Below, piece after piece: positions 1 through 9,668 of a stretch of DNA of 32,825 nucleotides; the first letter of the stretch is position 1, and each line of letters starts with the position of its first letter. Made by a program: the position numbers and the translations under genes. Source of the stretch: Trueperaceae bacterium (lineage in GTDB: Bacteria > Deinococcota > Deinococci > Deinococcales > Trueperaceae); NCBI GenBank assembly GCA_035703635.1, contig DASSXV010000080.1, positions 1 through 32,825 on the forward strand. Reading direction: 5' to 3'. The notes beneath the pieces are model-generated. The model had not been told where the DNA came from and made no database searches. It saw only the letters and a list, made by a program, of their open reading frames with translations.

Positions 1-951
1 GGCTTCTGGTCGAGCGCCGACGGCGCCGGTAGCATCCAGCACGTAGCCTTTGGCGTGCCTGACGTAACCGCGCTAGGGCGGGCGTACGACGCCGTGCTAG
101 AGCGCGGCCTCGAGATCTCAAACGTGAGAGAGCACGGCTACTTCCAGAGCATCTACTTCCGCGAGCCTGGCGGCGGCCTCATCGAGCTGGCGACCGAAGG
201 CCCCGGAATGACCCTGGACGAGTCGCTTGACGAACTAGGCACGCGCCTCGCGTTGCCACCCGACCTCGAGGCCACGCGAGCAGACGTCGAGGTCGTCATG
301 CCGCACTTCGCGCCGCCTGGCGCCGCGCGGAGGCCAGAGCGCGATCTGGGTTGGACTCACCGTTACGTGCCCGGCACTAGCGGCGCGACGTTGCTCGTGC
401 TGCACGGGAGCGGGGGCAGCGAGACGCAACTCCTGCCGCTGGCTAGGCGCGTTGGCGGCGGCGCCAACTTGCTGGCGCCGCGAGGCCGGTCGACGGGTGA
501 GGAGGCGCTGCGCTTCTTCGCGCGGCGACCGGACGGTAGCTTCGACCAGGCGGAACTCGACTACGAGGCCGACGCGCTGGCGCGGTTCGTGACGGAGTCA
601 GCTGACTGGTACGACTTCGACCCGCAGCGCGTCGTCATCCTTGGCTACAGCAACGGGGCGCACATCGGCGCGGCGGCATTGGCCCGCAACCCGACTACCT
701 TCGCGGCCGCGGTGCTACTACGCACGGTGGCGCCGTTCGCGTTGCCTGCCGCCGTCGACCTCGCTGGCAAGCGCGTGCTCATGCTGCAGGGTGTTGGCGA
801 CCACCTCCTGCGCGACCACGCAGACACCCTCCTCGCCGATTACCTGACGGCTGCCGGGGCAGGCCTGCAAGTCACGACGGTGCCGGGCGGTCATTACCTC
901 GGTCCGGAAGACGAGGTAGTGCTGCGGGCATGGCTCGACGGCGCTAGCTGA
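1..951 (+). CDS. Ring-cleaving dioxygenase (glyoxalase/VOC, MhqO/PcpA-like) C-terminal part fused to an alpha/beta hydrolase (MhqD-like carboxylesterase); 5'-partial
   Basis: Frame +1 is open from base 1: GAGSIQHVAFGV...YFQSIYFREPGGGLIELATEGPG (dioxygenase motifs), then with no stop LLVLHGSGG, GYSNG (nucleophile elbow), GVGD and GGH (triad). Confidence 0.85.
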   Translation, partial: GFWSSADGAGSIQHVAFGVPDVTALGRAYDAVLERGLEISNVREHGYFQSIYFREPGGGLIELATEGPGMTLDESLDELGTRLALPPDLEATRADVEVVMPHFAPPGAARRPERDLGWTHRYVPGTSGATLLVLHGSGGSETQLLPLARRVGGGANLLAPRGRSTGEEALRFFARRPDGSFDQAELDYEADALARFVTESADWYDFDPQRVVILGYSNGAHIGAAALARNPTTFAAAVLLRTVAPFALPAAVDLAGKRVLMLQGVGDHLLRDHADTLLADYLTAAGAGLQVTTVPGGHYLGPEDEVVLRAWLDGAS

Positions 952-1301
952 TGCCCGACTCCCTCCCAAACGACCAGCACTGCCACTTGAGCGTAGAGGC
1001 GCTGGCAGGGGCGGTGCTTCCCGCAGCGATCGTCGACGAGGCGGTGCGCCTCACGAAGGGCTTCGCGGACCCAACGCGGGTGCGGATCATGGGGTTGCTG
1101 CGCCTGGGTGAGGTGTGCGTTCACCAGATCGTCGACGCGCTCGCGCTCGAGCAGTCTGCCGTCAGCCACCAACTGCGTACGCTGCGGTCCGCCAGGCTCG
1201 TGTGCCACACGAAGCGTGGCCGCCACGTGTACTACCGCCTGGCGGACGAGCACGTTGCTGCCATGCTCGACGCGGTGTTGTCGCACAGCCGCGAGGCTTG
1301 A
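951..1301 (+). CDS. ArsR/SmtB family metalloregulator (ZiaR/SmtB-like)
   Basis: FADPTRVRIM...EVCVHQI...QSAVSHQLRTLR...GRHVYYRL; alpha5 metal site D-x-H-x10-H-x2-E (DEH...HSRE). Start overlaps the upstream stop (TGATG). Confidence 0.93.
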   Translation: MPDSLPNDQHCHLSVEALAGAVLPAAIVDEAVRLTKGFADPTRVRIMGLLRLGEVCVHQIVDALALEQSAVSHQLRTLRSARLVCHTKRGRHVYYRLADEHVAAMLDAVLSHSREA

Positions 1302-1351
1302 CGGCGCCGCACTCATCAGGGCGCTAGCCGCCCGCGTGGGGCAGCGGACGC

Positions 1352-1377
1352 AATATATGAACAACTCGTCATATATA
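1352..1377. promoter_or_regulatory. SmtB/ZiaR-type operator (12-2-12-like inverted repeat)
   Basis: ATATATGA-ACAACTCG-TCATATAT (1353-1376), an AT-rich palindrome between the regulator and the ATPase. Confidence 0.85.
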
Positions 1378-1407
1378 CTGAGGAGCCGGCCGGGAGGTGC
1401 GGCGCGC

Positions 1408-3810
1408 ATGGCTACCGCGAGGTTCGAAGTCCAGCAACTACTGCCTGGCCACGGGGCCACGGTGGACGCTTGCACTCGGCGCCTCACCGAGACCATCGCA
1501 GCCAGCGCCGGGGTGCGGGCTGCGCACCTCGAGAGCACGACGGGCGCGGCCTTCGTGAACGTCGACTACGACTCCGCTAGCCTAGCGCGGGTTGAACTCG
1601 AGCGCTTGGCCGCCGAGGCTGGCGCGGGCGTAAGTGCACGCTTCGAGCATCTCGAGTACCGGCTGGCCGGGCTGCACTGCAGCGACTGCGCCGCCAAGGT
1701 GTCGGTCATGACTGGTCGCATCGCTGGCGTCTTCGACGCCCGCGCGAACTACGCGACGGAAAAACTGCTCCTCACGCTGGACACGAGCGTGGCGCAACCA
1801 GCCAGCGTGGTTTCAGCCGTCGAAGGGCTCGGTTACCGCGTGCTGCCAACCCCGACTACGACCAGCACGGACGACGCCAGCGGAGTTGCTGCGACGACCA
1901 GAGTCGGCGGCTGGCATCTAGCTGCGGACCTGCGGCTCAGCCTCTACGCAGGCGCGGCGCTGATAACTGGCTTCGCACTGCAAACTGCTGGCGCAGCGAG
2001 GTGGGCGTGGCTGGGCTCCTACCTGCTCGCGTACGCCGCGGGCGGCTGGCACGCCACCAACCACGCGGTGCGGGCCGCCGCCAAATGGCGTTTCGACATA
2101 GACCTGCTCATGGTGGTGGCGGCGTTGGGCGCCGCCAGCCTCGGCTCCTGGGCAGAGGGCGCGCTCCTCCTCTTCCTCTTCAGCCTCGGGCATGCGCTCG
2201 AGCACCTCGCGATGAACCGCGCCCGCGGCGCCATCCGCGCTCTCGGTGACCTCACCCCCAAGTTCGCGCGCGTTCGCAGCGGGGCGGCGGAAACCGAGGT
2301 GCCCATCGAGCAGTTGCGGATCGGCGACATCGTCATCGTGCGGCCAGGCGAGCGCATTCCGGCGGATGGGCAGGTCGTGAGCGGCGCGAGCTACGTCGAT
2401 CAGGCGCCCATCACGGGTGAGAGCATGCCGAGCGCGAAGACCGTCGGCGACGAGGTCTACGCCGGCACCATCAACGCCGACGGCGCGCTAGAAGTGGCAA
2501 CTAGCCGCGGCCCTGAAGACACGACGTTGGCGCGCGTGATAAAGGCGGTCGAGTCGGCGCAGAGCGCCAAGGCCCCAAGCCAAAGCCTCACGGAGCGGTT
2601 CCAGCGGGTCTTCTCCCCCATCGTGCTCGGCGCAACCGCGCTGCTCATCGCGCTGCCCCCACTCTTCGGGGCGCCTTTCGAAGAGAGCTTCATGCGCGCC
2701 ATGGTGCTCCTTGTCGCCTCGAGCCCTTGCGCTCTTGCGCTTGCCACGCCGTCTGCTGTGCTGGCCGGCATCGCTCGTGGTGCCCGCAGCGGCGTGCTCA
2801 TCAAGGGCGGAGCGCACCTGGAGAACGCCGGCATGGCCGACGTCGTCGTGTTCGACAAAACGGGCACCCTGACGCGTGGGCGGCCGCAACTAACGGACGT
2901 CGTACCGCTTGGCGTGGGCGAGGACCAACTGCTACGGCTGGCCGCAGCGCTTGAGAGCCGCAGCGCCCACCCGCTGGCTACCGCAGTGCTGCAAGGAGCA
3001 CGAGAGCGCGGCGTCGTCGCTGGGGCCGTAGCCGACTTCGCCCACCGCGCAGGCCATGGCCTGACCGGGCGCGTCGAAGGCGCAGCCGTGATCGTTGGCA
3101 ACCGTGCGCAACTGGCCGCGACTGGCGTTGAGCTGACCGCAGCCGCCGAAGCGAGTGCCGCCGCGCTCGAGCAGAACGGCAAGACGACCATCTTCGTCGC
3201 GGTCGGAGACGGCCAGAACCTTCCGGTGGTGGCGGGCGTTCTCGCAGTGCGGGACGAACCTAGGCCTGAGGCGGCCGGCGCAATCGCCGCTCTGCGCGGC
3301 CTTGGCGTCAAGCGCCTCGTCATGCTTACCGGCGACAATGAGCGGGTCGCGCGTGCGGTGGGCGCCGAACTGGGACTCGACGAAGTCCACGCCGCGCTCC
3401 TCCCGGAAGACAAGGCGCGCCTCGTGCGCGAGTTGCGCGCGCGCTACACCCGCGTGATCGTCGTAGGCGACGGGATCAACGACGCCCCGGCCATGGCGGC
3501 GGCCGACGTCGCAGTGGCCATGGGCGGTGCGGGCAGCGCCGTGGCCCTCGAGACCGCCGACATCGCCCTCATGGCTGACGACCTCAGCAAGCTCCCGTAC
3601 GCCGTCTCCCTCTCACGCGCCAGCAAGCGCATGATCCTGCAGAACCTGTTCGTTAGCCTAGGCGTCATCGCCCTGCTCGTGCCGAGCGCCCTTTTCGGGC
3701 TTGCAAGCATCGGGGTGGCGGTGGTCATCCACGAGTCGAGCACCCTCGTCGTCGTCGGGAATGCCCTCAGGCTGCTGCGCTTCAAGTCACGGGGCGTCAC
3801 AGCCGCTTAG
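1408..3810 (+). CDS. Heavy-metal translocating P1B-type ATPase (Zn/Cd/Co; SPC motif, P1B-4-like, with an N-terminal HMA domain)
   Basis: GLHCSDC HMA domain, [32 protein letters not shown] 1408 follows GGAGGT; the ORF-track start at 1108 overlaps arsR and is rejected. Confidence 0.95.
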   Translation: MATARFEVQQLLPGHGATVDACTRRLTETIAASAGVRAAHLESTTGAAFVNVDYDSASLARVELERLAAEAGAGVSARFEHLEYRLAGLHCSDCAAKVSVMTGRIAGVFDARANYATEKLLLTLDTSVAQPASVVSAVEGLGYRVLPTPTTTSTDDASGVAATTRVGGWHLAADLRLSLYAGAALITGFALQTAGAARWAWLGSYLLAYAAGGWHATNHAVRAAAKWRFDIDLLMVVAALGAASLGSWAEGALLLFLFSLGHALEHLAMNRARGAIRALGDLTPKFARVRSGAAETEVPIEQLRIGDIVIVRPGERIPADGQVVSGASYVDQAPITGESMPSAKTVGDEVYAGTINADGALEVATSRGPEDTTLARVIKAVESAQSAKAPSQSLTERFQRVFSPIVLGATALLIALPPLFGAPFEESFMRAMVLLVASSPCALALATPSAVLAGIARGARSGVLIKGGAHLENAGMADVVVFDKTGTLTRGRPQLTDVVPLGVGEDQLLRLAAALESRSAHPLATAVLQGARERGVVAGAVADFAHRAGHGLTGRVEGAAVIVGNRAQLAATGVELTAAAEASAAALEQNGKTTIFVAVGDGQNLPVVAGVLAVRDEPRPEAAGAIAALRGLGVKRLVMLTGDNERVARAVGAELGLDEVHAALLPEDKARLVRELRARYTRVIVVGDGINDAPAMAAADVAVAMGGAGSAVALETADIALMADDLSKLPYAVSLSRASKRMILQNLFVSLGVIALLVPSALFGLASIGVAVVIHESSTLVVVGNALRLLRFKSRGVTAA

Positions 3811-3833
3811 CCACTACCGGCGCATGCTTGGAC

Positions 3834-5375
3834 ATGACATCTGCCAACGTGCCGGCGCGTGACGCTGGCCCGGCGGTGCTGCTAGCTGCAGTGCTCGGGT
3901 CCAGCATGGTCTTCCTCGACGGCACGACGGTCAACGTTGCACTGCCCGCCCTGCAGGCGTCGCTCGGCGCGAGCGTGGTCGACGTGCAATGGGTCATCAA
4001 CGGTTACACCCTGTTCCTTGCCGCGCTGCTCATGCTTGGCGGTTCACTCGGCGACCACCTTGGCCGCAAGCGCATGTTCATGGTCGGCATGATCGTTTTC
4101 ACCCTCGCCTCCATCTGGTGCGGCCTAGCGGGCGACGTTCAGCAGCTCATCGCGGCGAGGGCGCTCCAGGGCGTGGGTGGGGCGCTCCTCACCCCGGGAA
4201 GCCTCGCCCTGATAAACGCCAACTTCTCGGAGGGGGCGCGCGGCTCGGCCATCGGCCGTTGGTCGGCCTACTCTGCGATCGCGGTGGCGGGCGGCCCGAT
4301 CCTCGGGGGTTGGCTCATCGACACGTTCTCGTGGCGCTGGATCTTCTTCATCAACCTACCCATCGCGCTGGCAGCCCTCCTGTTGACCGCGCGGCGTGTC
4401 CCGGAGAGCCGCGACCCGGACGCGGACGCTCAGCTCGATTACCTGGGGGCCGCACTAGTAACGCTCGGTCTCGGGGGCGCGGTCTACGCACTGCTGGAGG
4501 CCCCGGCGCGCAGTTGGAGTGACCCCCTTATCATCGCGGCTGGCCTCGGTGGGACCGCGTTGTTGCTAGCTTTCGTGTTCGCCGAGGCACGCTCGAGCTC
4601 GCCGATGGTGCCCCTCGGCCTCTTCCGCTCGCGCGTTTTCAGCGGCATCAACCTAGTCACGTTGCTTCTATACGCCAACCTCGCTGGCCTCAGCTTCTTC
4701 CTGCCCATGTACCTCATCCAGGTGAGGGGCTTCTCCGCAGCGGCGGCTGGCGCTGCCGGCCTGCCCCTCGTGATCCTCCTGTTCTTGGCGTCAAGCTGGT
4801 CAGGACGCCTCTACGACCGCGTCGGCCCGCGCGCGCCCATAGCAGGCGGCGCGTTGCTCACGGCGTTAGCGTTCGTGCTCTTCGTAGTGCTCGGCGGGGC
4901 GCCGAACTTCCTCGTCAGCGTGACGCTGCCCATGACGGTGATGGGGGCCGGAATGGCGCTGCTAGTAGCGCCGCTCACGACCACCGTCATGGCCGCGGTG
5001 CCAGAAACGCTGGCTGGCACGGCCTCCGGCATCAACAACGCCGTCTCGCGGGTGGCTGGCCTGCTCGCCATCGGGTTGCTCGGCGTCGTCATGCTCTCAG
5101 CGTTCGGCAACCAACTAACGGTGCACCTCGCTCACACCGACTTGCCGGTCAGCGCGCAGGCCACGCTCCTTGCCAGCCGCAACGACCTAGCAGGCATGGC
5201 GCTGCCAGAGTCGTTGACTCAGGTCCAAGGTGGCGTGGCGCGAGCGGCCATCGACGAGTCGTTCACGTACGGTTTCAGGCTGGCGCTGCTCGGCATGGGC
5301 GGCGTTGCCGTGCTCGGGGCGCTAGTCGCCTTGGCGACCCTGCCCACTCGCACCCACAGCGCTACGGCCCCCTGA
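3834..5375 (+). CDS. MFS drug:H+ antiporter, DHA2 (EmrB/QacA) family
   Basis: LDGTTVNVALP, WVINGYTL, GSLGDHLGRKR, RALQGVGGA, WRWIFFINLP; about 14 hydrophobic segments. Confidence 0.93.
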   Translation: MTSANVPARDAGPAVLLAAVLGSSMVFLDGTTVNVALPALQASLGASVVDVQWVINGYTLFLAALLMLGGSLGDHLGRKRMFMVGMIVFTLASIWCGLAGDVQQLIAARALQGVGGALLTPGSLALINANFSEGARGSAIGRWSAYSAIAVAGGPILGGWLIDTFSWRWIFFINLPIALAALLLTARRVPESRDPDADAQLDYLGAALVTLGLGGAVYALLEAPARSWSDPLIIAAGLGGTALLLAFVFAEARSSSPMVPLGLFRSRVFSGINLVTLLLYANLAGLSFFLPMYLIQVRGFSAAAAGAAGLPLVILLFLASSWSGRLYDRVGPRAPIAGGALLTALAFVLFVVLGGAPNFLVSVTLPMTVMGAGMALLVAPLTTTVMAAVPETLAGTASGINNAVSRVAGLLAIGLLGVVMLSAFGNQLTVHLAHTDLPVSAQATLLASRNDLAGMALPESLTQVQGGVARAAIDESFTYGFRLALLGMGGVAVLGALVALATLPTRTHSATAP

Positions 5376-5456
5376 CCGCACGGCACCGCGCCCCTTTCAC
5401 AGGCTTATGCCAAGCTGGGAGACAACCACGATACGCGCCTCGGAAGGAGCCAAAAC

Positions 5457-6377
5457 ATGCAGCTCGGTTTCGCCACCGCCATCCTCCCGGATCTAGCTCT
5501 TGAGGAAGTGCTCGAGTTCGCCTCACAAGAGGGTTTCAGTTGCCTCGAGGTCATGTGTTGGCCCACGGACGCCAGCGATCAGCGGCGCTACGCTGGCGTG
5601 ACGCACATCGACGTCGCCGACTTCGGTCCAGACGAGGCCATGCGCGTGACCGAGTTGTGCGAGCGCTACGGCGTCGGCATCAGTGCGCTCGGTTACTACC
5701 CAAACCCACTAGCGCCCGACGAGGTCGAGCGCAGCACGTACGTCGCGCACCTTGGCCGCGTCATCGACGCCGCCAAGCTGCTTGGGGTCGGCGTCGTCAA
5801 CACCTTCGTCGGCCGCGACCAACGCCTGCCGGTGGCAGCGCAGTGGGACAACGTCGAGACCATCTGGCGGCCGTTGGTCGCGCGCGCGGAAGCCGCTGGC
5901 GTGCGGATCGGCATCGAGAACTGCCCCATGCTCTTCAGCCTCGACGAGTGGCCAGGCGGCAAGAACCTCGCCATCTCACCCGACGTGTGGGACGAGCTCT
6001 TCCGCCGCCTGCCGAGCCCGAGCCTAGGCCTCAACTTCGACCCGTCACACCTCGTGTGGCAGGGCATCGACATCGACCGCGCAGTGCGCGATTTCGCGCA
6101 CAAGCTAGTGCACGTTCACTTGAAGGACGAGCGCATCGACAAGGACCTCCTTTACCGGCGCGGGAACCTGGGGCTCGGGTGGCACGTGCCCAAGATCCCT
6201 GGGCTAGGAGACATCGACTGGCCGCAGTTCTTCCGCACCCTCAAGGCGATCGGCTGGGACGGGCCAGTCGTCATCGAGGTAGAGGACCGGTCGTTCGAGG
6301 ACAGCTTGGCGGGGCGCAAGGAAGCCGTACGGGCAGCAGGCAGGTACGTGCGCACGGTCATGGATTTCGGAAACTGA
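5457..6377 (+). CDS. Sugar phosphate isomerase/epimerase (xylose isomerase-like TIM barrel)
   Basis: GIENCP, NFDPSH, HVHLKD, PGLGDIDW, VIEVED metal-ligand motifs; AAGGAG RBS. Confidence 0.9.
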   Translation: MQLGFATAILPDLALEEVLEFASQEGFSCLEVMCWPTDASDQRRYAGVTHIDVADFGPDEAMRVTELCERYGVGISALGYYPNPLAPDEVERSTYVAHLGRVIDAAKLLGVGVVNTFVGRDQRLPVAAQWDNVETIWRPLVARAEAAGVRIGIENCPMLFSLDEWPGGKNLAISPDVWDELFRRLPSPSLGLNFDPSHLVWQGIDIDRAVRDFAHKLVHVHLKDERIDKDLLYRRGNLGLGWHVPKIPGLGDIDWPQFFRTLKAIGWDGPVVIEVEDRSFEDSLAGRKEAVRAAGRYVRTVMDFGN

Positions 6378-6458
6378 CGGCCTGTCTGGTTGTTGGTAGT
6401 CAGTTGCTCCCTGCCAGGCAGCGACGGCACCCTTACGCGAGTCCGCCTGAGCCGCTCC

Positions 6459-6962
6459 TCAGCGGGGGTCGGCGAACACCTGCGTCCAGTAGCGGTCGAC
6501 TTCTGCGGCGCCGAACTCGCTCACGGCTGGGTGCATGATGGCGAGGCAGTGGGGGACGCTGCTCATCCAGCCGACCATCACCGTCTCTGGCGAGTCGTAG
6601 TTCCAGGCGACGTTCTCGGCCACCAGCGACCAGGAGTATCCGGCCGCGGTCACGCGCGAGCCCACCGTCGACCCGTCGCTGCCAACGTGGCTCATGGTTC
6701 GGTGGGCGGCTTGGTCGGCGCTGTGCTCTTGCGCGGCGCGCACGAGTCTGGCCTCGAGCTGTAAGCGCGGCGCGGGCGGCATGCTGTTGCTGCCGCATAC
6801 GGCGCCTTGTGCTCGCTGCGTGTTCACGAGTTCGAGGAGGCGCGTCGCCGTGGTCGAGTAGGTGGGCGGCCGCGTGCCGCTCCGCGGAGCGCATGCGGTG
6901 ACGGCGAGGCCGAGCAAGGCGACGAACAGTAAGGCTACGCGGCGGTTCGGCGTTGGGCGCAT
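6459..6962 (-). CDS. CAP/SCP domain lipoprotein
   Basis: Signal peptide with lipobox VTAC; LVNTQR, AAQEHS, SHVGSDGS, AENVA, WMSSVPHC, YWTQVFA. Confidence 0.9.
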   Translation of the reverse strand: MRPTPNRRVALLFVALLGLAVTACAPRSGTRPPTYSTTATRLLELVNTQRAQGAVCGSNSMPPAPRLQLEARLVRAAQEHSADQAAHRTMSHVGSDGSTVGSRVTAAGYSWSLVAENVAWNYDSPETVMVGWMSSVPHCLAIMHPAVSEFGAAEVDRYWTQVFADPR

Positions 6963-7038
6963 TACTCGGGGACGATACTCTTTACTGGAGGCTAGCGAGA
7001 GTGCTAGTTGCCATTGCGCTGAGGAGGCGCTTCTGTCG

Positions 7039-7067
7039 TTGACCGCGGACGGCTCTTACCGTATTCT
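7039..7067 (+). promoter_or_regulatory. Sigma70-type promoter of the gntR-aldehyde dehydrogenase operon
   Basis: TTGACC-17bp-TATTCT. Confidence 0.7.
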
Positions 7068-7072
7068 GCTAG

Positions 7073-7095
7073 GCGTACCGGTCGAGTAATACACT
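7073..7095 (+). promoter_or_regulatory. Putative GntR operator, copy 1
   Basis: GCGTACCGG-N8-TACACT just downstream of the -10; the same motif occurs at 12049-12071 on the minus strand. Confidence 0.7.
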
Positions 7096-7148
7096 ATTTC
7101 AGGGGGCGAGATGAGCACCACTTCTGGCGCCGCAACTAGGGCAAACAC

Positions 7149-8189
7149 ATGATGGAGGAGGAGAGCACAGCCGTTCACTTACCTCTGCACCTCGTGGAGG
7201 ACGGCTTCGTGCCCATCTACCTGCAGATCGTCCACCAGGTCAGGCACCTGATAACGAGCCGCGGCATAGCGGCGGATGACCGCCTGCCGTCAGTGCGCGA
7301 ACTGGCGCACCAGCTCGGGGTGAACGCGGGCACCGTGGCATTGTCCTACCGCACCCTCCAGCTCGAGGGCCTGATCGAGAGCAGGCGGGGCCGCGGCACG
7401 TTCGTGGCGCACGCCGCCGACGATTCGGTGCACTTCGATCACCGGCAACGCGCACTCGGCGAGGCGATCGACGCACTCCTCGACCGCGCGGACGCCCTAG
7501 GGTTCGAAGCCAGCGCCGTCAAGCAGTACCTGGTAACGCGCGCCCAGCGGCCGCGGCGCATGCCGCTCGTCGTACTCATGCCCACCTTGCGCTCCGCCGA
7601 GAAGTACGCGAAGCTCATCGCCGCCGAGTTGCCAACCGACGCACAGGCCGTGCCGTACCTCGGCACCTTGGAACAGTTGGCCGCCGGTGACGCCAGCTTG
7701 CTAACGGCCTACCAGACCGCGTACTTCACTTTCACTTTCGTGTCTTACGCACCGACCGTCGCCGGGCAGCTCATCGAGCTCGGCATCTCTTCAGAGGTCG
7801 TTGGCATCACCGCGCAACTCCTGCCAGAGACCATCAATAGGCTCGCGGCGCTCGATCGCAGCGGCAGCTACAGCCTCGTCGCGGAGGCGCAGGGCGTCAA
7901 CGTCGCACTGAACCTCCTCGCACAGTTCACCCCACTCGACCTCAGGCAGCTGCCCGTGTTCACGGAGCTCTCCGCGCCAGCCGACATCCTTGCGGTCAAG
8001 TCAGACCTCTACATCCACACTTTCAGCGCCGGCCCGCAACTAGATGCGGTGGGGATCCCACAGGGCAAGCGGCTGCTGCTCGCCTTCAGCCTCAGTGCCG
8101 AGGCCCGGCACCGCCTGCGCCGCCTTCTCGACGTGACGGGCCAGGCGTCCCGCGCGAATAACGTGCCTGACGTCTTCCTAGACGCCTGA
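7149..8189 (+). CDS. GntR family transcriptional regulator (YtrA-like HTH plus a long uncharacterised C-terminal domain)
   Basis: PIYLQIVHQV...LPSVRELAHQLGVNAGTVALSYRTL...GRGTFV; exact start uncertain. Confidence 0.88.
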   Translation: MMEEESTAVHLPLHLVEDGFVPIYLQIVHQVRHLITSRGIAADDRLPSVRELAHQLGVNAGTVALSYRTLQLEGLIESRRGRGTFVAHAADDSVHFDHRQRALGEAIDALLDRADALGFEASAVKQYLVTRAQRPRRMPLVVLMPTLRSAEKYAKLIAAELPTDAQAVPYLGTLEQLAAGDASLLTAYQTAYFTFTFVSYAPTVAGQLIELGISSEVVGITAQLLPETINRLAALDRSGSYSLVAEAQGVNVALNLLAQFTPLDLRQLPVFTELSAPADILAVKSDLYIHTFSAGPQLDAVGIPQGKRLLLAFSLSAEARHRLRRLLDVTGQASRANNVPDVFLDA

Positions 8190-8225
8190 TGACGACCAGT
8201 CCCTAGCCTTACCCCCGGAGGCGCT

Positions 8226-9668
8226 ATGACCCGCAGGAACTACGTGGCTGGCGAGTGGCAGGCAGCCGCCGCCACCCGCGTCAACGAGAACCCGTCCGAC
8301 CTCGACTCGCCCGTTGGCGTCTACGCTCAGGGCAGCGCCGCGGACGTGAGCGCCGCCGTCGAGGCCGCGCGCGCCGCACTGCCGGCTTGGGCCAGTGCCT
8401 CCGCGTCCGTCCGCGCGAGCGTCTTGCAGGCGGCGGCCGACGAGTTGAGCGCCAGGCGCGAGGAACTAGGCGAGCTCTTGTCGCGCGAGGAGGGCAAGAC
8501 GCGGGCTGAAGGCATCGGCGAGGTGGCGCGGGCGGCAGACATCTTCCGCTTCTACGCCAGCGAGGCCTACCGCGCAGTCGGCGAGCTCTTGCCGAGCGCC
8601 CGCCAAGGCGTGAGCATCGAGGTGCGTCGCCAACCAGTCGGGGTCGTAGGCGTGATAACGCCTTGGAACTTCCCGATCGCCATCCCGGCATGGAAGATAG
8701 CCCCGGCTCTGGCTTACGGCAACGCCGTCGTCTTCAAGCCAGCCGAGCTCGTGCCGGGCAGCGCTTGGGAGCTTGCCGCCATCCTCGACCGCGCGGGTGT
8801 GCCAGCCGGGGTCTTCAACCTGGTCATGGGCCGCGGTAGCGAAGTCGGCGAGGCCATCATCACCCACCCCGACGTGAACGCCGTCAGCTTCACGGGTTCG
8901 CTGGGGGTCGGAAGGCGGGTGGCGGCAGCGGGAGCCGCGCGCCTCGCCCGCGTCCAGCTCGAGCTTGGCGGCAAGAACCCCGTCGTGGTGCTAGATGACG
9001 CCGACCTCGACCTCGCCGCCGAGCACGTGGTGAACGGAGCCTTCGTCTCAACGGGGCAGCGCTGCACGGCGTCTAGCCGCATCATCGTCACGGCCGGCGT
9101 CCACGACCGCTTCGTGGAGCGCCTAGCGCAACGAACGCGGGCATTACGCGTCGGCCACGCCCTCAACCCGACGAGCGACATCGGGCCGGTCGTGGACGCG
9201 ACGCAGTTGCGTCAGAACCTCGACTACCTAGACCTCGGAACGCGCGAGGGTGCAACACAACTCGTGGCTGGCGAGCTCGTCGAGCGTTCGACGCGCGGGC
9301 ACTACCTCACCCCTGCCCTGTTCGTCGAATCCACCGCGGCCATGCGCCTCAACCGCGAGGAGATCTTCGGGCCGATCGCCGCCGTCATCCGCGTCGCCGA
9401 CTACGACGAGGCCCTCGCCACCGCCAACGACAGCGAGTTCGGGCTGGCGGCGGCCATCATGACGAGGTCCCTGAAGCACGCCGAGCACTTCAAGCGGCAC
9501 GCGCAAGCAGGCATGACCATGGTCAACCTCGCCACCGCCGGGCAGGAGTTCCAGGCGCCGTTCGGAGGCGTCAAGAACTCGAGCTACGGCGCGCGCGAAC
9601 AGGGCACCTACGCCAAGGAGTTCTTCACCACCCCGGTGACGTCGTACGTCAAGGCCCTCAACGGCTGA
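8226..9668 (+). CDS. Aldehyde dehydrogenase (2,5-dioxopentanoate/alpha-ketoglutaric semialdehyde dehydrogenase-like)
   Basis: [37 protein letters not shown]. Confidence 0.93.
   Translation: MTRRNYVAGEWQAAAATRVNENPSDLDSPVGVYAQGSAADVSAAVEAARAALPAWASASASVRASVLQAAADELSARREELGELLSREEGKTRAEGIGEVARAADIFRFYASEAYRAVGELLPSARQGVSIEVRRQPVGVVGVITPWNFPIAIPAWKIAPALAYGNAVVFKPAELVPGSAWELAAILDRAGVPAGVFNLVMGRGSEVGEAIITHPDVNAVSFTGSLGVGRRVAAAGAARLARVQLELGGKNPVVVLDDADLDLAAEHVVNGAFVSTGQRCTASSRIIVTAGVHDRFVERLAQRTRALRVGHALNPTSDIGPVVDATQLRQNLDYLDLGTREGATQLVAGELVERSTRGHYLTPALFVESTAAMRLNREEIFGPIAAVIRVADYDEALATANDSEFGLAAAIMTRSLKHAEHFKRHAQAGMTMVNLATAGQEFQAPFGGVKNSSYGAREQGTYAKEFFTTPVTSYVKALNG

Noticed and set aside
1108..1407. 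100-aa N-terminal extension of the P1B ATPase in the ORF track
   Set aside because: It overlaps arsR and the operator; the RBS and ATG at 1408 fit better.
2457..3413. 318-aa antisense ORF, and many similar shadow ORFs across the window
   Set aside because: These mirror well-supported genes, have no motifs, and are expected in high-GC DNA.
5540..6538. 332-aa Arg-rich ORF in an alternative frame
   Set aside because: Off-frame shadow of the epimerase gene with low-complexity composition.
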